Of a stretch of 33,825 nucleotides of DNA, positions 28,158-33,825 are shown in pieces; position 1 is the first letter of the stretch, and every line of letters starts with the position of its first letter. Source of the stretch: Candidatus Heimdallarchaeota archaeon (GTDB taxonomy: Archaea > Asgardarchaeota > Heimdallarchaeia > Hodarchaeales > Hodarchaeaceae); contig JBHLSH010000041.1 in NCBI GenBank assembly GCA_048881705.1, forward strand, positions 1 through 33,825, given 5' to 3'. The position numbers were made by a program, and so were the translations under genes. The notes below the pieces were generated by a model. It was not told the DNA's origin and did no database searches. It saw only the letters and a list, made by a program, of their open reading frames with translations.

Positions 28158-29042
28158 ATGGAAACAAGACGTCTCGGAAGAACTGGATTCAAAGCGTCTG
28201 TTCTTGCTTTGGGAGGCTGTGCTTTAGGTTGGTTACATAAGTCTGATGAGGTTGAGGATCCTCAACGAAAGGCCAATGAAGCGATAGACACTGCAATAAG
28301 CCAAGGCATCAATATTATTGACGTAGCTCCAACCTATGGAGAGGCTGAACTTCGTTTAAAACCCTGGCTTGAAAAAAATCGGAAAAAGGTTTTCTTAGCG
28401 TGTAAAACCATGGAACGGTCAAAGCAAGGGACCTGGGAGAAGTTGAGGGCTTCATTGAAAAGATTAGGGACGTCAACATTGGATTTATATCAATTTCATG
28501 CCGTTTCCACCATGGAAGATTGTAATCTTATCCTTGGCAAAAACGGAGCATTGGAAGCCGCCTTGGAGGCTCGTGAAACAGGCGTGATCAAACATATAGG
28601 TATTACGGGCCATTCAGATATGCGCGTTTTACAGGAAGCCTTGAATCGTTGCGGAGATTTTAGTACGGTTCTACTACCTGTTTATGTTGCTGCGAAGACT
28701 CGTCCTAATCCAATCAATAATTACGAATCAATACTAAAAATGGCTATTAATCAAGATATTGGAGTCATTGCCATCAAAGCCATTGCAAAGCGAAGGTGGA
28801 CTTTTGCAAAGAAATATGGAACATGGTATCAACCTATGGATGACTCTGATTGGATTAGAGAAGCGGTCGCTTTTACATTATCCCAAGATGGCGTGACTAC
28901 TTATTCATTGCCCTGCGACCTTAGATTGTGGCCGATGGTAATTGATGCAGTTCAAACAGTGAGGAAGCTCGATAGAGACGAGCAAGCTCAATTTATTAAA
29001 CGGGCCGAACAACATTACGTTCGACCTCTATTTCCGATTTGA
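28158..29042 (+). CDS. Aldo/keto reductase
   Basis: RRLGRTGFKASVLALGG, and a D/Y/K/H tetrad in IDVAPTYGEAE, ACKT and DLYQFH. Also IKHIGITGH and IAIKAIA. Confidence 0.92.
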   Translation: METRRLGRTGFKASVLALGGCALGWLHKSDEVEDPQRKANEAIDTAISQGINIIDVAPTYGEAELRLKPWLEKNRKKVFLACKTMERSKQGTWEKLRASLKRLGTSTLDLYQFHAVSTMEDCNLILGKNGALEAALEARETGVIKHIGITGHSDMRVLQEALNRCGDFSTVLLPVYVAAKTRPNPINNYESILKMAINQDIGVIAIKAIAKRRWTFAKKYGTWYQPMDDSDWIREAVAFTLSQDGVTTYSLPCDLRLWPMVIDAVQTVRKLDRDEQAQFIKRAEQHYVRPLFPI

Positions 29043-29067
29043 TGCCATCATATATCGCTTGATCTCT

Positions 29068-29099
29068 TATCTTGATGCCATTATTACGGACTCAAGATA
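29068..29099 (+). terminator. Inverted repeat downstream of the aldo/keto reductase
   Basis: TATCTTGA (29068-29075) / TCAAGATA (29092-29099), a perfect 8-bp stem with a 16-nt loop. Its function is unproven. Confidence 0.3.
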
Positions 29100-29634
29100 C
29101 CCCAGAGGAAGAATCATCTAGAATCTTGTTACATCCGTCCTGGTTGGAACTGTAGTTTTAAATACCGCAATCCGACTCGTTTTATGTCAACTGGAGCCAG
29201 AGTTGATTCAGTAACAGGGAGGAATATCGTGCCATCTAGAGACCTTATTTTTCATCCATTAACAGGAAACGATTCGAAAACTTGAAAAGGATTGCCTTTA
29301 ATATATTCTTAAACGTCAAATGATGATGCAGTTGCATTGGTTCTCCACGACTCTAATGCCAAGTCAAGGAGATTCTGGGACACGAATGTATAAGTCTGAA
29401 GCCGTTGAGGTACCATCTACTCTTCTCCAACATGAGCCTCAGCTGCCAATCCCTGGAATTTATTAAACCGCCAGGAATATTCAGATCATGATAAGGATGG
29501 AACGGAACAGGATCAGCGATATTTATTGGGGGCCTCTTATTCAGACTTTTTAAAAGCACCTAAGGTCGTGATGCCTTTCATGTACAGCCCCTTAGTTAAA
29601 AATCGAAGAATTAAATGTGATAGGCCATTTTTCA

Positions 29635-32313
29635 TTATTGCCTAGTACTTTGGATAAAGGGTTTCTCTGCTTCTCGATTTTTCTCCCATCTTTTTCTTTC
29701 GGAACGTAATCTAAAAAGGTCCACATCCTTATATATAAAACCTTCTTCGCCTGCAGGGAGTGTGCGTTCGATTCGTTCTTTTTCTGGAGTGTAAATAAGA
29801 GAATTTCCAAATTCCGCAATATTTGCGAAAAAACAATATGCATAGATTGAACGACGAGCATCAAAGTGTGCGGCCTTAAATTCCGCCGTGACTGGGGTGA
29901 ATGCAAGGTTGAAAAGTAGATCTATCGGCGGTTCTGCGTTTTTCAATTCGACACGCAAATCCATATCCAAAAAATCTCGGCAAATCACAATAGCCATTCT
30001 TCCATATTCTGTTTCTCCAATAATGATCTTCCGTGCTGCGATTCCCGTTTCAATTCCTTCTTTGAAACGTTTCCCTTCGTAGGTTATTGTGGCCGCAATG
30101 TGTTTACCTTGCTCCCAGAGGATACCATGTGGACTGATAACATTACTAACATTTCGTCTGGTGCTTTTTTTGTGATAGGAGCCAGCTACGATGTACATTT
30201 GGTATTTCTTGGAAAAGAATGAAATTTCCTCGAACAGAGTACCGTGATTTAGGTCAATAGAGAGCTCAGGAAATAGTAGGATGTTGACTCCTTGCGAATG
30301 GGCATTTTCGATCAATTCCTTTACCTTGGTTGCAATCTTCCCAACTTTATCCTGCTTAATGGAAAATAAGCCCGGTTCAAACTCTTCATAGAACTCTTCA
30401 AGAACATCACCTGCAGTTGAGAGACCAATTTGAGCAACAGCAACACGACACGTATCCTTCTGGATTCCCCCATAATCTCGCAGGAAATCGCGATATTCTA
30501 GCTTATAAACGGGGCCTTGGAGTTTTCTCGATATGGGAAAAAATTCATTTCCCAAATCTTGAATCAAACTAGCTTTCAGACCCTCAAGCAAATTAGAATG
30601 TAACGGAATTTCTTCCAGTCGATGTGTGAGATTTTCAATTCTGCCCCCGTTGTCTACTCCTTTTCTTATTTCATTATTGACCGATTCTTGTTGCTGAATA
30701 ATCTTTGGTAAATAATGGGAGAGTCCTTTAGTTTCTGCGGCATGCCTAGCCCTATTTAAACATGTGATTGCTTTATCCATATCTCTTTCAATTAGATCCA
30801 CCTGTGCAGTGAGTAAACATGATTCAATTAATATCATGGGAACGTTATTTTCTTCTCCCAATTCAGCCAATTTTTGAAAAAGACCATGTATTTCATCTAA
30901 TACTTCTGGTTCACCGTAGGATTTGAATTCAGAAATCAACATATCACAGTAGTTTAGGGTTGCGAAAAGTGTTAAGCAAATATCTACGGTTTTTTCAGTA
31001 ACTAGTTCTCTCAGGATACTCTGGGCATTAACCTTCATGGTAATTCTGGTACTTCGTTTCAAAATTAGTGCCTTTGCCAATCTTAACTGGTAATGGACAA
31101 TGGCGCTGGGTTCCCGGGCATAAAACTTCTCCAACCTTTCTAGGTACTTTTGGGCCTGATCTTGTGCCTCCAATTCCAAAGAGACCAATACAAGATAATA
31201 GAGCGTTTCAGGGTAACCAAACATGTTTAAAGGAATTTCATCTGTTGGTTTATTATCGGCCCTATTCCATAATCGGTGAATGAAACTACTGTTAAAATGC
31301 TGGTACGCGAGATCTATTTCTCCTAAACTCAAATAAGCCCTTCCAAGCTTCAAATTGGTTTCAATAGAGCAGTATTTGTCGTTTAAACTTCTAAAAATGA
31401 AAAACGAGTCGTGAAAGTTTTCAACGGCTCCGTGGACATCCCCTCTAACAAGTAGAAGTTCTCCTGAATTGAGCATCCCCTTTGCATACAGGTGTCGATC
31501 TTCTACTTCTTTGGCCAATTGAAGACTTTGCTGGAGTTCGAGGTGACTCAACACGAATTCCCCTTGACGTCTGAAAACCTTTGCGAGACTTAATCGTAAT
31601 TCACCCTCCAGCCATTTATTCTGAATTTTACCAGCTACCTGGATACCTCTCTCCAACACCGATTGGGCAGTCCTAAGCTTGCCTACAGAGTAGTAACATT
31701 CCCCTATTCTATAAAGCGAAAAAGCTATCCCTGGTTGAACATCATTTTTCTCAGAGAGAGCCAAACCTCTTTGTGCAGAATTCATGGATTCCTCCAGGAG
31801 TCCTTCAAAGAAGTATATCATACTCATGTTGTTCAATGCCTGAGTGGCACCACGGTGGTCCCCAATCTCAGAAAAGATCTCATAACCTTCCTGTTCGAAT
31901 TGTACCGCGAGATCAAGTTCCCCAAATACTACCTCAGTGTACATCCCTTTTTCAATTTTTAACTCAGCGATCCAAAGTTTCTCCGTTTCCAAAATACCTT
32001 GGTCCAAGGTATCAACCAAGTTTTCTGCCTTATTGATTTCTGTAAATGCCTTGTTCCATTTAAGAAATACTCTTAATGAAAGACCCTTTACAATGCGAGC
32101 TTTAAATTCAACAATCGGGTCATCATAAGACGAAATTTCCTCAAGTATGGAATCGGCCAGATCTGACGCTTTCTTATAGAGTGCTTTGTAATAGAGAATT
32201 AAGGCCTTCAGGGCTGTATCATGAAGTGAGGGTTGATCTTTTTGGTTTATCTGATTAAGGGCCTCATCAAAAAGCCCGTTTTTAAATAAGTCAAGGGTTT
32301 TTGAGGGCACCAT
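29635..32313 (-). CDS. TPR-repeat protein fused to a C-terminal carbon-nitrogen hydrolase (nitrilase superfamily) domain
   Basis: About 40-aa MalT/TPR_12-like repeats (ALNNMSMIYFFEG, SLYRIGECYYSVG, SLAKVFRRQG, NSGELLLVRG, KLGRAYLSLG). C-terminal domain (about 29635-30450) with RVAVAQI, FPEL (Glu), QGKH (Lys), VICRDF (Cys). Confidence 0.9.
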   Translation of the reverse strand: MVPSKTLDLFKNGLFDEALNQINQKDQPSLHDTALKALILYYKALYKKASDLADSILEEISSYDDPIVEFKARIVKGLSLRVFLKWNKAFTEINKAENLVDTLDQGILETEKLWIAELKIEKGMYTEVVFGELDLAVQFEQEGYEIFSEIGDHRGATQALNNMSMIYFFEGLLEESMNSAQRGLALSEKNDVQPGIAFSLYRIGECYYSVGKLRTAQSVLERGIQVAGKIQNKWLEGELRLSLAKVFRRQGEFVLSHLELQQSLQLAKEVEDRHLYAKGMLNSGELLLVRGDVHGAVENFHDSFFIFRSLNDKYCSIETNLKLGRAYLSLGEIDLAYQHFNSSFIHRLWNRADNKPTDEIPLNMFGYPETLYYLVLVSLELEAQDQAQKYLERLEKFYAREPSAIVHYQLRLAKALILKRSTRITMKVNAQSILRELVTEKTVDICLTLFATLNYCDMLISEFKSYGEPEVLDEIHGLFQKLAELGEENNVPMILIESCLLTAQVDLIERDMDKAITCLNRARHAAETKGLSHYLPKIIQQQESVNNEIRKGVDNGGRIENLTHRLEEIPLHSNLLEGLKASLIQDLGNEFFPISRKLQGPVYKLEYRDFLRDYGGIQKDTCRVAVAQIGLSTAGDVLEEFYEEFEPGLFSIKQDKVGKIATKVKELIENAHSQGVNILLFPELSIDLNHGTLFEEISFFSKKYQMYIVAGSYHKKSTRRNVSNVISPHGILWEQGKHIAATITYEGKRFKEGIETGIAARKIIIGETEYGRMAIVICRDFLDMDLRVELKNAEPPIDLLFNLAFTPVTAEFKAAHFDARRSIYAYCFFANIAEFGNSLIYTPEKERIERTLPAGEEGFIYKDVDLFRLRSERKRWEKNREAEKPFIQSTRQ

Positions 32314-32884
32314 TTTTCTTCACGTTGATCCAGGATTTCTTTGTTCTTTAGGTAAGTCCTTTGCCGAACTCAACTCTCTAACGTAACTATGCCCCCTCAT
32401 GACGGGAAAAACGCTCTTATTACCTCCCAAATCATGATTACTAGAATTGGACTACACGTCCCGTACAAGGAACTCACCTCTAATATTATGATACTTGACG
32501 ACCCGTTTTACTCGTTTGGTTTCAGATTTCAAATGGGGATTCCTATCCTCATTCTTCATAGTGTTTTATTAATTTAACCCTTTTTTTTATGTTTAAAATG
32601 TCTAAATTTCCCCGAGGCACTCCCATAAATTTCGGAGCCAAAATTACTCCCGCGGTAAAAAAGGAAGCAGCGTCATTTCCTTATCCCAAGAAGGCGAAAA
32701 AGCTTGCTCGCTGTCGCGCGACGTTGGATTATGGCCAAAAGTACCTAATACACCCAAAAATCCTAGACGATTCGATAGCGAAGAATAATCAAGCTTCATT
32801 CAGAAAGCAAATCAGAATCATCTACGACCCCTTTTTCAAAAATAGGCGCTACTATAGGTTATCTAGTGAAGGAATTTACTTCCC

Positions 32885-33463
32885 ATGATGCTTAATCGTA
32901 TTCAAAATAGATTTTTGGGTGTTCAACCAAAATATCTGGTATTGAGTCTGGTTTTTGGAAGTTTATTTGTAGTTGGTGTCATTTTGCTTGTTTTCATGCC
33001 AACAGAAACTACCATGGCTTCAACCGGATTCACTATCTTTGATTTTCAGTTGGCCTGGACGAAAGCGAAAATGGATATGATATTAGAAGCGTGGATGAAC
33101 ATTCTCCCCACAGTACTCTATCAGACATACTTGGATTACGTGTTTATTGGAGGGTATATTCTCCTATTCACGAGTTTTTGGTTGCTCGTTTCACGAAAAA
33201 TTCGTGAGAGAAGAATGGGGAGGGTCGCAGGGAGTATGATCTGGTTTGTAGGCCTCGCGGGTATTTTTGATGCAATCGAGAATCTGTTTTCTTTACAGGT
33301 ACTCTCATCTCCATTGAATTATTCAGATTTCCTTCCTATCATAATAAGTTCCTTTGCTACTCTTAAGTTTCTTGCATTGCTTGTTCAAATTGCGATTCTC
33401 GTGCCTTCTATTATAACATTCATCACTGTTAACCTAATGAGCGAGAAAAATCCGCACACTTGA
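32885..33463 (+). CDS. Uncharacterised integral membrane protein (about 4 TM)
   Basis: 192 aa with four hydrophobic helices and the conserved-looking motifs FDFQLAWT, LDYVFIGGY and AGIFDAIEN. Confidence 0.75.
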   Translation: MMLNRIQNRFLGVQPKYLVLSLVFGSLFVVGVILLVFMPTETTMASTGFTIFDFQLAWTKAKMDMILEAWMNILPTVLYQTYLDYVFIGGYILLFTSFWLLVSRKIRERRMGRVAGSMIWFVGLAGIFDAIENLFSLQVLSSPLNYSDFLPIIISSFATLKFLALLVQIAILVPSIITFITVNLMSEKNPHT

Positions 33464-33553
33464 GTGTATCGGGAAAGGTTCTGATGTTCATCACAGAGAA
33501 CCTTGTACATATGCTTCGTAGAATGTCTGATTGGCCTAAGGGATCGTAATATT

Positions 33554-33825
33554 TTACCGAGTGCTTTGAATGAAAGGACTTTCGGACTCTCGTTTTTTCT
33601 CCCACTTTTTCCTTTCGGAACGTAGTTGAAACAGATTTACATCTTTATATATAATACCTTCTTCCCTTGCAGGAAGTACCCTTTCAATACGTTCCTTTTC
33701 TGGTGTGTAGATTAGAGAGCTTCCATATTCAGCAATATTTACGAAAAAACAATACGCGTAGATCGAACGTCGAGCATCAAAATGCGCTGCTTTAAAATCG
33801 GCTGTGACAGGGGTGAAGGCGAGAT
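33554..33825 (-). CDS. 3' end of a second carbon-nitrogen hydrolase domain gene, paralog of 29635-32313; runs off the right edge
   Basis: Hand translation LAFTPVTADFKAAHFDARRSIYAYCFFVNIAEYGSSLIYTPEKERIERVLPAREEGIIYKDVNLFQLRSERKKWEKKRESESPFIQSTR* (TAA at 33554-33556). There are 13 differences in 89 aa versus the C-terminus of the 892-aa protein. Confidence 0.92.
   Translation of the reverse strand, partial: LAFTPVTADFKAAHFDARRSIYAYCFFVNIAEYGSSLIYTPEKERIERVLPAREEGIIYKDVNLFQLRSERKKWEKKRESESPFIQSTR

Noticed and set aside
29100-29600. ORF 29353-29559 and a stop-interrupted minus-strand frame as a possible decayed gene
   Set aside because: I recognise no family, and the stop density is close to what random AT-rich sequence gives, so a pseudogene call cannot be supported without a homology search.
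29592-32128. ORFs nested in or antisense to the TPR-nitrilase gene (29592, 29888, 31068, 31663, 31773, 31937)
   Set aside because: They are alternative-frame shadows of a well-supported CDS.
32389-32888. ORFs 32389-32577 and 32589-32888 (the latter overlaps the next start as ATGA)
   Set aside because: There is no recognisable motif or start signal. The ATGA overlap is suggestive but insufficient, and a BLAST hit or ribosome footprint would be needed.
1-33825. rRNA, tRNA, CRISPR arrays, transposases and integrases
   Set aside because: No T-loop or anticodon-arm patterns, regularly spaced repeats or DDE/tyrosine-recombinase motifs were seen by eye. tRNAscan-SE, Infernal and CRISPRCasFinder would be needed to exclude them formally.

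Overview
The window is gene-dense, AT-rich archaeal DNA, most likely from an Asgard archaeon (Heimdallarchaeia/Hodarchaeales-like). That placement is inferred from gene content: an Arf/Rag-like GTPase with an extra N-terminal domain, a RING-like zinc finger, a PGF-CTERM surface protein, isopentenyl-phosphate kinase, and 40-aa TPR proteins. In order it holds: a partial family-5 ABC substrate-binding protein; type IA topoisomerase; a 1034-aa helical protein ending in a zinc ribbon plus Ltn1-like RING; a SufR-like regulator convergent with a DoxX-family gene; an 835-aa PGF-CTERM surface protein; an isoprenoid cluster (prenyl-PP synthase, unknown membrane protein, phytol/dolichol-type kinase, divergent IPK); a disrupted repeat surface-protein gene; oligoendopeptidase F; acyl-CoA dehydrogenase; a GTPase followed by a GAF histidine kinase; acyl-CoA ligase; MBL hydrolase; nucleoside phosphorylase; aldo/keto reductase; and a TPR-nitrilase fusion whose close paralog begins at the window edge. 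I saw no rRNA, tRNA, CRISPR array or transposase. The best candidates for undescribed biology are the solenoid-RING protein beside topA, the duplicated TPR-nitrilase fusion, a possible prenol-salvage cluster, and the degenerate GTPase/histidine-kinase pair. All family assignments come from motif recognition by eye; no database searches were run.
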